Source: a virus
Lineage: Duplodnaviria; Caudoviricetes
Strand: one strand, 5' to 3'
IMG/VR virus record: IMGVR_UViG_3300020042_005441
Location: 1 to 38,267 of that record
DNA length: 38,267 bases
The position numbers and the translations under genes were made by a program. Under the pieces are notes generated by a model, which worked only from the letters and a program-made list of their open reading frames with translations, was not told where the DNA came from and did no database searches. The first letter of the stretch is position 1. Each line of letters starts with the position of its first letter. Below, in pieces: positions 1 to 9,540 of this stretch.

Positions 1-816
1 ACCTATGTAAATGATGTTCACAAACTTGAAAAAGAAGAACTACAACTAAAAGTAGAAGTCGAAAAGATGAAAACAATTATTTCAAACATTAAAAAAGAAA
101 TGATTATCACAGAAGAAAAGATTGATAAATATAAAAAGAACGAAGAAACATTCAATAAAGCAACAGAGTTAAGAATTGATAAGGCACAGAAAGAAAAAGA
201 ACTTAAACTGTTAGAGGAAGATTTCAAAAAGATTAACGAAGCAGTTACCAAATCTCATATGAAAATTGGTTCTCTAACTGAAAAAGTAGCTACCCTTCAA
301 GTAGCTAAAAAAGAATTAGAAAATTATAGAAATCAATTTGCTGCTTATGATTATTTTATGAAAGCAACAAGTTCAAATGGAATTTCCTATGAGATTATCA
401 AGAAGAAACTTCCAATAATTAACGAAGAGATTTCAGCAATTCTTTCTAACATTGTAGACTTTCAAGTTTATTTTGAGGATGATGGATCTAAACTAAATAT
501 TATGATTGAGCATCAAAACTCAGAACCAAGACCAATCGAAATGGGTTCGGGTGCAGAGAAATCAATTGCTGCTATGGCTATTAGACTTTCTATGCTTCAA
601 GTATCCAATCTTCCTAAGTCAAATCTATTCATACTTGACGAGCCAGGAACTGCTCTTGATAATGAAAACATGGAAGGATTTATTAGAATACTAGATATGA
701 TTAAAAATTATTACGATACTGTTCTTCTTATTTCACACATGGATGCTTTGAAAGATGTTGCAGATCAAATTATTACAATTGATAATATTGATGGATTTGC
801 AAAGATTACTATTTAG
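1..816 (+). CDS. gp46: gp46/SbcC/Rad50-like recombination exonuclease ATPase subunit, C-terminal part (5' truncated by window)
   Basis: Frame is open from base 1; coiled coil followed by signature-like MGSGAEK, Walker B/D-loop LFILDEPGTALD and H-loop LISH. Confidence 0.9.
   Translation, partial: TYVNDVHKLEKEELQLKVEVEKMKTIISNIKKEMIITEEKIDKYKKNEETFNKATELRIDKAQKEKELKLLEEDFKKINEAVTKSHMKIGSLTEKVATLQVAKKELENYRNQFAAYDYFMKATSSNGISYEIIKKKLPIINEEISAILSNIVDFQVYFEDDGSKLNIMIEHQNSEPRPIEMGSGAEKSIAAMAIRLSMLQVSNLPKSNLFILDEPGTALDNENMEGFIRILDMIKNYYDTVLLISHMDALKDVADQIITIDNIDGFAKITI
808..815 (+). promoter_or_regulatory. Candidate late promoter ACTATTTA
   Basis: Same octamer recurs upstream of many structural genes; here 4 nt before ATG 820. 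Confidence 0.45.
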
Positions 817-819
817 TAT

Positions 820-1188
820 ATGGCTTTTATATTACAACATTGGAAATTAATAGCAGGTATAGCATACACAATTGCTATACCTGCTTATTTTAGTATTAAA
901 TCTGATAATGCAGTTAAAAATATGGAATCTGCTTTAGATACTTCACAACAATCTAATCAAAAACAAATAAAAGTTTTGCAAGATGCTGTAAAGGATCAAA
1001 GAGAAGCATATGACAAAATGTTCAAAGATTATCAAGATAAAGTTAAAAAACTTGAAGAAGACTACCAAAAAGATTTAAAACAAGTTAAAGAGAAACAAGT
1101 AAAACAACAAAAAGATTTGCAAGAAAGATTTACTGATCCAAAAGTTGTTGATAAAGAATTAGAAGAAAGGTTTGGACTTAAAAAATGA
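820..1188 (+). CDS. N-terminally anchored coiled-coil membrane protein, i-spanin (Rz)-like
   Basis: Hydrophobic N-terminus (WKLIAGIAYTIAIPAYF) then Q/K/E-rich heptads; ATGA overlap with next gene. Confidence 0.5.
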   Translation: MAFILQHWKLIAGIAYTIAIPAYFSIKSDNAVKNMESALDTSQQSNQKQIKVLQDAVKDQREAYDKMFKDYQDKVKKLEEDYQKDLKQVKEKQVKQQKDLQERFTDPKVVDKELEERFGLKK

Positions 1189-1598
1189 TTACATTACTAC
1201 TGTTAACAAAACTAGCATTTGCACAAGACTATGCGCCAATTAAAAAAGGTGAAATAGCACCATTGTCTGGTACTATTCTCGCTCCTTCTGGTATGGCAAC
1301 TATTATTGCTAAATGTGATGCAGATACTGCCGAAGCAAAACTAAAAGGCAAGTACGATTTAGATAAGCTACAAACTGAATGTGACTTAAACGAAGAAAAG
1401 TTACAATATGATTTAGATTTACAAATTAAAACTAGTGAAGAAATACTTGCAATAAAAGACAAAGAATTAGAAAAAACATATGAGATAATAAAATCAACAA
1501 GCAAAAAAAATACATCACTTTGGATTGGTGTGGGGTTTGTAGCTGGTATTGCTACGTCCTTTGGGACTATTTATATTCATAATCAAATTGAGGATTAA
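1185..1598 (+). CDS. Exported coiled-coil protein with C-terminal TM helix, possible spanin partner
   Basis: Signal-like MITLLLLTKLAFA|Q, two Cys in coiled coil, C-terminal LWIGVGFVAGIATSFGTIYI. Confidence 0.45.
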   Translation: MITLLLLTKLAFAQDYAPIKKGEIAPLSGTILAPSGMATIIAKCDADTAEAKLKGKYDLDKLQTECDLNEEKLQYDLDLQIKTSEEILAIKDKELEKTYEIIKSTSKKNTSLWIGVGFVAGIATSFGTIYIHNQIED

Positions 1599-2255
1599 AT
1601 GAGTTTTTTAATTGCTAACATACCACCAGTTGAAATATTTATAAGAAAAGAATTTTTATATGATTTTGAAAAAAAAGATAATAAATTAGTTGGTTTTGGA
1701 GAATTTGAATCAGCACACTGGATAACTGTAAAGTCTATTCCAAACCAAGCATTATATTTTGAATCTTTTGTTCATGAATATGGTGCTTTATATGATAAAC
1801 TTCCGATTCATGCTTATGTTTGGAAAAAAGACATAAAAGAGGAAGAACAATACCCGTTAGACTGGCTTCAGCTATGGGATTGTTTTTCTTACAATATTTC
1901 AGTTATTAAAAAACAAAGGTTAAGGAATGCAAGATGCGAAGTAGTAATGAAAGATAAGTCTTTAGCGTTAGGAACATATTTATTTACTATTGATTCTTGT
2001 TCTTCAGATCCAAATGAGGTTGATGTTTCCTGGTCTGAGACACCAAACGAGCATAAATCTTTTAATATTATTAAGTTAGATAATGGTCAATTTGCAGCAC
2101 AACCTAATAATAGAATTTTATGGAAGCATCAGTCAATGACGCCATCAGATAAATTAAAAGTACCTTATTTTAAATTTTCTACAAAACAGTGGATTTGTGA
2201 AAATAAAGATAGATGGTCTTCTTCAAAAGCAACCAAATTTAACTATGATGAATAA
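1599..2255 (+). CDS. Hypothetical protein of a type common in T4-like aquatic phages
   Basis: 218-aa ORF; motifs ANIPP..IRKEFLYD, LYDKLPIHA, LQLWDCFSY, GQFAAQPNNR recognised from memory. Confidence 0.65.
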   Translation: MSFLIANIPPVEIFIRKEFLYDFEKKDNKLVGFGEFESAHWITVKSIPNQALYFESFVHEYGALYDKLPIHAYVWKKDIKEEEQYPLDWLQLWDCFSYNISVIKKQRLRNARCEVVMKDKSLALGTYLFTIDSCSSDPNEVDVSWSETPNEHKSFNIIKLDNGQFAAQPNNRILWKHQSMTPSDKLKVPYFKFSTKQWICENKDRWSSSKATKFNYDE

Positions 2256-2257
2256 AA

Positions 2258-2650
2258 ATGAAAGATCCAAATGAAATTGTAAAAATAGAAAAAGCCATAG
2301 CACAAAAGTATGGTGAAGATACAATAGCAAATCCAAAACATTATTGGAATGAAGAAAAAGAAAAAGAATATGTAGAGCAATTAAAAGAATTATCAGCAAT
2401 ACAAACAAAACAAGAAGAAAAAGACCAAAAAATAAATATTGATGGTATTTTTATTTCTAAAAAACTACTTAATAAAGATAGCAAAAGAACTTGTCCTATT
2501 TGTTCTGTTTATTCATTTAGCAGCAAAGACGATCTATATATGAATAGATATGAATGTTGTTACAAGTGTTATATTCAATGGGTAGAAGGAAGAGAAGAAA
2601 GATGGAAAACAGGTTGGAGGCCAAATGAAAGTAACGTTAACAAGAAGTGA
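2258..2650 (+). CDS. Hypothetical protein with probable Zn-binding Cys cluster
   Basis: CPIC...CCYKC followed by WVEGREERWKTGWRP. Confidence 0.65.
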   Translation: MKDPNEIVKIEKAIAQKYGEDTIANPKHYWNEEKEKEYVEQLKELSAIQTKQEEKDQKINIDGIFISKKLLNKDSKRTCPICSVYSFSSKDDLYMNRYECCYKCYIQWVEGREERWKTGWRPNESNVNKK

Positions 2651-2945
2651 ACTAAAACAAATAATTCAAGAAGAATGGAACAGAGCAGAAGCTTTGGAAC
2701 AAGGTTCTCCAACTGACGGATATGACGAAACAGTCGAGGGACAAGATCAAGAATTAGATTATGAAGGTTACATGACAAAAAGCCAACTTTTTAAAATTGG
2801 TGAATATGCTTTAAAACTTCACGATATGATTAACGACGGCGATAATCTACCAGAGTGGATGCAATCAAAAGTTTCACAAATGGAAAAAGATATTGGCTCT
2901 GTTTACCACGCACTTGAATATGATATAAAAAGAGGAACTATATAA
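2625..2945 (+). CDS. Probable internal head protein
   Basis: SD GGAGG upstream; leader TRSELKQIIQEEW; helical domain EGYMTKSQL...LPEWMQSKV. Confidence 0.6.
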   Translation: MKVTLTRSELKQIIQEEWNRAEALEQGSPTDGYDETVEGQDQELDYEGYMTKSQLFKIGEYALKLHDMINDGDNLPEWMQSKVSQMEKDIGSVYHALEYDIKRGTI

Positions 2946-3514
2946 TGGCTACAACCCTTGAAATAATCCAAGGCATCTCACAAGCTGCCGCAAACGCATA
3001 CGACGGCTCACATATGGCAAAATATAATGCTGATGGTGAGGAAAGAAAGATCGGACTTCGTAGAGAAGACGGTGATCCAATATTGGACTCAAGAGTTATT
3101 GATGGTTTTAAAGTTAAGTTCAAAGGCAACAAACTTTGTATTACTTACCAAAGTGAAATTTCTATGAAAGAAGTTCATAAAGGTCCAAAGTTTGAAAATG
3201 AAATGGAACAAGTTATGGCTGACATTGTTAAGTTCTTAAAGAAAGAATATAAGACAATTACAAAAAATAGTTTATCCCTAAAAGCAATTGGAGAAGTTGA
3301 TATTTTTGTTCAACCAATTTCAAGAACCAGAACAGACCTTAGAATGTATCAAGAGTTTGAAATTTCTTCATTAGATAAGAAAGCAGTTATTTCCGTAGGG
3401 CTTCCAAGTGAAGATATTGTAAATGACGTAACAAGAAAATTTCTTGCTATGGGAAGAGAGAAAGCCAAGAAACCTTCAAATATAACAAGACCAGACGAAA
3501 AGAAAAAAGAATAA
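2945..3514 (+). CDS. Hypothetical protein immediately upstream of terminase
   Basis: 189-aa ORF, TAATG coupling with previous gene. Confidence 0.7.
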   Translation: MATTLEIIQGISQAAANAYDGSHMAKYNADGEERKIGLRREDGDPILDSRVIDGFKVKFKGNKLCITYQSEISMKEVHKGPKFENEMEQVMADIVKFLKKEYKTITKNSLSLKAIGEVDIFVQPISRTRTDLRMYQEFEISSLDKKAVISVGLPSEDIVNDVTRKFLAMGREKAKKPSNITRPDEKKKE

Positions 3515-3522
3515 AATGAAAA

Positions 3523-5112
3523 ATGTCTACAGCATACAAATTAACAAAAGAACAAGTTAAGTCCGAAATTGTAAAGTGTGCTAAAGATCCAATTTATTTT
3601 CTAAACACATACGCAAGAATATCGGACACACAAAAAGGTCCAATACCTTTTAGAACTTATAGTTTTCAAGACGAAGTTCTAAAAGATATGAAGGACTATC
3701 GTTTTAACGTAGTTCTAAAAGCCCGTCAGTTAGGTCTTTCAACAATCGTAGCAGGTTATATAGCTTGGCTAATGTTGTTCCACAGAGATAAGAATGTTCT
3801 TATCTTAGCAACTAAATTACTTTCAGCAGCAAACATGGTTAAGAAAGTTAAGTATATTATTAAAAGTTTACCAGATTGGTTAATGATTGCTGATGTATCA
3901 ATCGACAATAGAAACTCATTTGAACTTACAAACGGTTCACAAATTAAAGCTTCCGCTACGTCTGGTGATGCTGGACGTTCGGAGGCTCTTTCTTTACTTG
4001 TTCTGGACGAAGCTGCGTTCATTGAGAACATGAAAGACTTGTGGACAGGTGTATATCCTACGCTTGCTACTGGTGGTCGTTGTATTGGTATCTCAACTCC
4101 AAATGGTGTAGGTAATTGGTTTCATCAAACTTACTTAGATGCTGAGACAGGCACAAATGAATTTCATCCAGTAAGATTACATTGGTCAGTCCATCCAGAT
4201 AGAGATCAAGCTTGGTTTGAAAGAGAAACCAAGAATATGTCTAAAAGAGAAATTGCACAAGAATATGAATGTTCTTTTAATGCTTCTGGTGAAACCGTAG
4301 TTGGTGCAGAAGAATTAGAATATATAGAAAAGAATTGTAGCGAACCAAAATTTAGAATTCACATAGATAGAAATCTTTGGGTATGGAAAGGATATAATCC
4401 AAACCATTCGTATGTTCTTGTAGCAGATACAGCAAGAGGCGATGGAAAAGATAATTCAGTATTCCATCTTCTTAATCTTGATACTATGGAAATAGTAGCA
4501 GAATATCAAGGAAAAATAACAACAGAAGATTTTGCTGATCTTGTTATCACAACAGGAAAAGAATATAATAATTGTATGGTAGTTATAGAAAACAATAATC
4601 TTGGGTTTTCAGTCTTAGAAAAGATTGTTGATAAAGGATATCCAAATGTTTATTATTCTACAAAAGGTTCTGCTGAATATATAGATCAAATCTCAGCAGA
4701 GGGAACAACAAACACAGTTCCGGGCTTTACTACTTCACATAAATCAAGACCTCTTATAGTAGCAAAGATGGAAGAATTTGTTAGAAATAAAAGTGTTAAA
4801 ATAAATTCTATAAGAACCTTCCACGAACTAAGCACATTTATATGGGTATTAGGAAGACCACAAGCGATGCAAGGATACAACGACGATTTAGTTATGTCCT
4901 TAGCAATTGCTTGTTGGGTCAAGGATACGGTGTTCCAAACCAATCAAAGGGAACTGGAATATAAGAAAGCTATATTGACAGGCTTTACAAAAAGTAATAC
5001 TATATTTGATACTAAAATTTCGGGGATGCAAGGATATAATAGAGACTTGTCTGTATCCTTGGAAAGAGCGAAACAAGAACACGCACAATATTTTTGGATA
5101 TATAAAGGATGA
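3523..5112 (+). CDS. gp17: Terminase large subunit (T4 gp17-like)
   Basis: KCAKDPIYF, Walker A LKARQLGLST, Walker B LLVLDEAAF, STPNG, QEYEC, nuclease ADTARGDGKD and DDLVMS. Confidence 0.97.
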   Translation: MSTAYKLTKEQVKSEIVKCAKDPIYFLNTYARISDTQKGPIPFRTYSFQDEVLKDMKDYRFNVVLKARQLGLSTIVAGYIAWLMLFHRDKNVLILATKLLSAANMVKKVKYIIKSLPDWLMIADVSIDNRNSFELTNGSQIKASATSGDAGRSEALSLLVLDEAAFIENMKDLWTGVYPTLATGGRCIGISTPNGVGNWFHQTYLDAETGTNEFHPVRLHWSVHPDRDQAWFERETKNMSKREIAQEYECSFNASGETVVGAEELEYIEKNCSEPKFRIHIDRNLWVWKGYNPNHSYVLVADTARGDGKDNSVFHLLNLDTMEIVAEYQGKITTEDFADLVITTGKEYNNCMVVIENNNLGFSVLEKIVDKGYPNVYYSTKGSAEYIDQISAEGTTNTVPGFTTSHKSRPLIVAKMEEFVRNKSVKINSIRTFHELSTFIWVLGRPQAMQGYNDDLVMSLAIACWVKDTVFQTNQRELEYKKAILTGFTKSNTIFDTKISGMQGYNRDLSVSLERAKQEHAQYFWIYKG

Positions 5113-5115
5113 TAA

Positions 5116-7125
5116 ATGGCAGATCAAAATAAGAATAATACTAAAAACATAGACTCAGCTTTATTTAAAAGACTAACAAAGCTTTTGTCTGGTCCTATAG
5201 TAAATTATAATCAACCAGTTCAAAGTAGATATAGACGTAACCAAATGGATAAACTTGGTTCAAAGTTTACTTCTGCTTCTGGTTTAGAGTTTAAGAAAAC
5301 TGCTTATAATCCTTATGAGAATTTCTCTTCCAAACTTATGACAAATCAAAATCGTGCCGAAAGGTATATAGATTTTGACCAAATGGAATACATGCCAGAG
5401 ATAGCATCTGCCTTAGATATTTACGCAGATGAAATGACTACATCAAACGAACTTACTCCCTTAATGAGTATCAAATGTCCTAACGAAGAAATCAAAACAA
5501 TTCTTCAAACACTTTATATTAAAACACTTAATTTAGACGCTAACTTGTTTAATTGGTGTAGAAATATGTGTAAGTATGGAGATCACTTTGTTTATCTTGA
5601 TATTGATGAACATTTAGGTATTAAATCTGCTATTGGTCTTCCATCTAATCAAGTTGAAAGAATGGAAGGTAAAGATCCAACCAATCCAAATTACGTTCAA
5701 TTTCAATGGAACTCCGCTGGTATGACGTTTGAGAATTGGCAAGTAGCACATTTCCGTATTCTTGGAAACGATAAACATTCTCCATATGGAACTTCTGTTT
5801 TAGACTCGTCAAGAAGAATTTGGAGACAACTTACTTTACTTGAAGACGCTATGATGGCTTATCGTATTACAAGATCTCCAGAACGTAAAGTATTTTATAT
5901 TGACGTTGGAAATATTCCTCCACAAGAAATCGAACAGTTCATGCAAAGAGCCATGACTACGATGAAAAGAAATCAAATTTTAGACGCTACAACTGGTCGT
6001 GTTGATCTTCGCTATAATCCTATGTCCGTTGACGAGGATTATTTTATTCCTGTTCGTGGTGGAGTAAATAATAATAAAATCGAAGCACTTCCCGGTGGTC
6101 AATTTGCTTCTGCTATTGAGGACGTAAAATATTTAAGAGATAAATTATTTGCTGCTCTTAAAGTTCCTATGTCTTATCTTATTAGAGGAGATGGAGCAAG
6201 TGAAGATAAAGCAACATTAGCACAAAAAGATGTTCGCTTTGCAAGAACTGTTCAAAGATTACAAAGAGTAGTTGTTGGAGAATTAGAAAAGATTGGTATA
6301 GTCCATTTGTTTACACTTGGATACAGAGGATCAGATTTAATTTCATTTAAACTTTCTCTTAACAATCCATCAAAGATTGCAGCACTACAAGAGCTTGAAC
6401 ATTGGAAAACTAAATTTGATGTTGCTGGTGCAGCTACCGAAGGGTATTTCTCTAAACGTTGGATTGCTCACAATATATTTGGTATCTCCGATGAAGAATT
6501 CCTCCGTATCCAAAGAGAACAATTCTATGATCGTAAATTCACAGCCACACTTGAAGCAGCAGGAGCACAACCACAAGGAGGTGGAGGTGGAGGTGGAGGA
6601 GGTGGCCTTGGAGGCGGCTTAGGTGGTGGACCAGAAGAAATGCCACCAGATACAAGCCCAGAAGGAGGCCCACCAGAAGCCCCAGAAGGTGGAGGAGCAC
6701 CAGAAGGTGGAGCAGGAGGAGCAGAAGCCCCAGAAGCCCCACCAGCAGCAGGAGATGAGGGAGGAAGCACATTATTAGCAGCACCCCCCGGTAAAAGAAG
6801 AGATACGGCAGGAAAAGTAATAACAACAACTTTAGCTTCAAAAGGTAAACTATATTCACCAGTAGCTAACAGAGGTGGGGATAAACGAGATGTAGGAGCA
6901 AGAGCCAGAGGATTTAAAGCTTCTGGTGGAGGTTTCACAGCAAGTCCAAGTGTTAAAAATATTTTCCCCGGTCTACAAGATATTAAATCTTTAGCAAATG
7001 CAGCAGGTATTAGTGAAACTTCGCAAGAAAGATACACAGATGAAGAATACGAACTATTTACATTAGAAAAAGAAACTAGAGTTCTTTTAGAAAGTTTGGA
7101 GATAAAAAAGAATGCAAAAGCTTAA
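5116..7125 (+). CDS. gp20: Portal protein (T4 gp20-like) with long Gly/Pro/Glu-rich C-terminal extension
   Basis: PEIASALDIYADE, LLEDAMMAYRITRSPERKVFYIDVGN, EDYFIPVRG, LPGG, DVKYLRDKLFAALKVP; follows terminase. Confidence 0.96.
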   Translation: MADQNKNNTKNIDSALFKRLTKLLSGPIVNYNQPVQSRYRRNQMDKLGSKFTSASGLEFKKTAYNPYENFSSKLMTNQNRAERYIDFDQMEYMPEIASALDIYADEMTTSNELTPLMSIKCPNEEIKTILQTLYIKTLNLDANLFNWCRNMCKYGDHFVYLDIDEHLGIKSAIGLPSNQVERMEGKDPTNPNYVQFQWNSAGMTFENWQVAHFRILGNDKHSPYGTSVLDSSRRIWRQLTLLEDAMMAYRITRSPERKVFYIDVGNIPPQEIEQFMQRAMTTMKRNQILDATTGRVDLRYNPMSVDEDYFIPVRGGVNNNKIEALPGGQFASAIEDVKYLRDKLFAALKVPMSYLIRGDGASEDKATLAQKDVRFARTVQRLQRVVVGELEKIGIVHLFTLGYRGSDLISFKLSLNNPSKIAALQELEHWKTKFDVAGAATEGYFSKRWIAHNIFGISDEEFLRIQREQFYDRKFTATLEAAGAQPQGGGGGGGGGGLGGGLGGGPEEMPPDTSPEGGPPEAPEGGGAPEGGAGGAEAPEAPPAAGDEGGSTLLAAPPGKRRDTAGKVITTTLASKGKLYSPVANRGGDKRDVGARARGFKASGGGFTASPSVKNIFPGLQDIKSLANAAGISETSQERYTDEEYELFTLEKETRVLLESLEIKKNAKA

Positions 7126-7915
7126 ACTCAAACACAATAAGAAAAGAAACACAGCTTTTCTTTTTGAGTCATTAACAAAAGAATTAACAAAGGCAATCGT
7201 AAATAAAGACGAGAAAACAAAACAAATTATTTTGTCTGTTATTAAAGAACATTTTAAAAAAGGTTCAATACTATCAAAAGAATTAGATGTTTATAAATCT
7301 CTTTATGAAACAAGAGGTCTTAATAAAGATACAGCCAATAGAATGTTGAATGAAGCAAAAAGAATGTATGCTACTTTTATGCCTCAAGATATTTTTAATC
7401 AACAAACCAGAATTATAAATGATGTAAATAAAAAAGTAAATGCTTCTGTCTTTACAAACTTTATGTCTAACTACAAAGACCTAGCAACAATAGCTCAAAT
7501 CTTTGATAATGAAATTCCTATGAAGACAAGAGTTATTTTAGAACAATATTTGATTGATAGATTATCTACAGAAGACAACCCACAAAATAACCTTAAACCA
7601 ATTGATAGTCTTGTTTATAAAGAATTCGTAAAGAAATTCAACGACAAGTATGGAACCTCTTTGATGGAAGAACAAAAAGAACTTCTTACCAAATACATTG
7701 CTTCTTATTCAAATGACGATATTGATTTTAAAATGTATCTTAACGAAGAGATTGGAAGAATAAGACAAGTAGTTTTATCATCTAAACAAATCACGGAGAG
7801 TAAAGAAAAAGAAGGATTACTAAATATTCTTGAAGCTTTTAAAACAACACAAGTAACTCCAGCCATGATTGAAAAAGTTTTGAAACTACAACAATTAGTT
7901 AAGGAACTTGTTTAA
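7112..7915 (+). CDS. Hypothetical helical head-module protein
   Basis: 267-aa ORF between portal and protease, starts KHNKKRNTAFLFESL. Confidence 0.7.
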   Translation: MQKLKLKHNKKRNTAFLFESLTKELTKAIVNKDEKTKQIILSVIKEHFKKGSILSKELDVYKSLYETRGLNKDTANRMLNEAKRMYATFMPQDIFNQQTRIINDVNKKVNASVFTNFMSNYKDLATIAQIFDNEIPMKTRVILEQYLIDRLSTEDNPQNNLKPIDSLVYKEFVKKFNDKYGTSLMEEQKELLTKYIASYSNDDIDFKMYLNEEIGRIRQVVLSSKQITESKEKEGLLNILEAFKTTQVTPAMIEKVLKLQQLVKELV

Positions 7916-8490
7916 TGTCAATAAAGATTAAAGTTAAAGACGATAGTATGGAAGGAATTGGGGAACCAGAAATCCCCAAGACCAAAGTTCGTCTTGATAT
8001 AAGAAAAACCTTGGATGGTAATTTTATCATCCAAGATCATCCTTATATTGATATTATAATATCTCCATCAAAAAATAAGATTTTAGCTTTATCTACTATT
8101 GCGATGGATGATAAAGTATATTATACTCAAAATAAATATTTTGACTTTCTTTACAAGCGTGGAGTAATAGATCCATCAACAATTCAAGCTGGAAATATTT
8201 ATGCTTCAATGGAAGCTGCTATCCCTCAAACAACAGAGAAAGTAGATCCTATTGAAGTTATTATATTTTCAACTGCTTTGTTTATAGATAAAGAAAGACC
8301 TTCGTTTGAATATGAGAAGGCTATGAGAAAAATGCAAGACGATTATCTTACTGACCCAAGTGATCAAGATACAACTGAACTTGGAGAAGTGCCACAGAAA
8401 GCTCGTCAAGGTTCAATTGGAACTGCTGCTTACTCTCTTAATAAACATTACAATATCGCTTATCTTGGAGAGCGTAAAGAGAAAAAATAA
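7915..8490 (+). CDS. Hypothetical protein
   Basis: 191-aa ORF, TAATG coupled at both ends. Confidence 0.7.
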   Translation: MSIKIKVKDDSMEGIGEPEIPKTKVRLDIRKTLDGNFIIQDHPYIDIIISPSKNKILALSTIAMDDKVYYTQNKYFDFLYKRGVIDPSTIQAGNIYASMEAAIPQTTEKVDPIEVIIFSTALFIDKERPSFEYEKAMRKMQDDYLTDPSDQDTTELGEVPQKARQGSIGTAAYSLNKHYNIAYLGERKEKK

Positions 8491-8801
8491 TGTTCCTCCC
8501 ATACTTCATACTAATTTGTTATGGTTTAACCAATATCCTTGTTTATGGTTCTATATTTAATTGTATAAGACCAAAACAAGGATTATGGGGAGAACTATTC
8601 AAATGTCCTATGTGTATGGGATTTCATGTTGGATATATAATTGCTCTATTATTAAATGCTTCTGATCTATTTAGTATATCAATCAACATAATCGATATGT
8701 TTATGTTGGCTTGTCTTTCATCGGGGACTTCTTATGTTCTTTGTTCATTATTCACGGATTTTGGAATTAATTTCAATATCAACAAGCAAGATAACAAATA
8801 A
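8490..8801 (+). CDS. Small membrane protein with CPxC motif (DUF1360-like)
   Basis: About three hydrophobic segments; ELFKCPMCMGFHVG. Confidence 0.6.
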   Translation: MFLPYFILICYGLTNILVYGSIFNCIRPKQGLWGELFKCPMCMGFHVGYIIALLLNASDLFSISINIIDMFMLACLSSGTSYVLCSLFTDFGINFNINKQDNK

Positions 8802-8830
8802 GTAAACTAATTAAAATAGTCGGAGATATT

Positions 8831-8920
8831 ATGAAAGTTAATTTAACACAAGGCTTTTGGACTCGTAAATGGGCTCTACAACCAGTTCGTCTGTGTTGCA
8901 GGGGCAAGCCGAAAGGTTAG
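8831..8920 (+). CDS. 29-aa peptide MKVNLTQGFWTRKWALQPVRLCCRGKPKG (absent from ORF track)
   Basis: GGAG at 8822-8825, ATG 8831, TAG 8918-8920; fills the gap before the protease; ACTAATTA at 8806-8813. Confidence 0.65.
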   Translation: MKVNLTQGFWTRKWALQPVRLCCRGKPKG

Positions 8921-8932
8921 GAAAACATATAA

Positions 8933-9526
8933 ATGAATAAAACGTTATTAAGAGAATTTTTTGAATTATGCCCCGATGGAATCTGCGAAGACATACTTAC
9001 AGAGTCCGATAAACACTTTATTAAAAGTGGTGGTATGATGTTGTCTGGTGTAATCCAAAGAGCAGATGCGAGAAATGGAAATGGAAGAATTTATCCTCAT
9101 TCTGTTTTATCGAGAGAAATGGATACATACAAACAACTTGTTCAAGAAAGAAGAGCACTTGGAGAATTAGATCATCCAGATCAATCAGTAATTAATCTTA
9201 AAAACGTTTCACATCTTGTAGTAGAAGTTTGGTGGAATGGAAAAGATGTAATGGGAAAGATCCAAGTTCTTAACACACCATCTGGTCAAGTATTAAGAGA
9301 GTTAGTTAACGCTAATGTTAAAATTGGTATATCTTCAAGAGGTACAGGTTCTGTTAGAGAAAACAGAGGCGAAACTATTGTTGAAGATGATTTCCAATTA
9401 ATTTGTTTTGATATTGTTTCGGAGCCTTCTACTCATGGAGCATTTATGTTCCAAGAGAGAAAAGGAAATGTAAACGAAAATAAACAAGCAAGAGTTTCAA
9501 ATCTTATCAAAGATATTTTAAAATAA
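8933..9526 (+). CDS. gp21: Prohead protease (T4 gp21-like)
   Basis: NGNGRIYP, catalytic His in GELDHP, catalytic Ser in GISSRGTGS, DIVSEPST. Confidence 0.95.
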   Translation: MNKTLLREFFELCPDGICEDILTESDKHFIKSGGMMLSGVIQRADARNGNGRIYPHSVLSREMDTYKQLVQERRALGELDHPDQSVINLKNVSHLVVEVWWNGKDVMGKIQVLNTPSGQVLRELVNANVKIGISSRGTGSVRENRGETIVEDDFQLICFDIVSEPSTHGAFMFQERKGNVNENKQARVSNLIKDILK

Positions 9527-9540
9527 AAGGAGTTTTATAA

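Noticed and set aside
2464-2471. ACTACTTA inside ORF 2258-2650 as internal promoter
   Set aside because: Coding context and variant sequence; cannot be separated from chance
2258-3514. Small terminase among genes upstream of gp17
   Set aside because: No recognisable gp16-like features; position alone is insufficient
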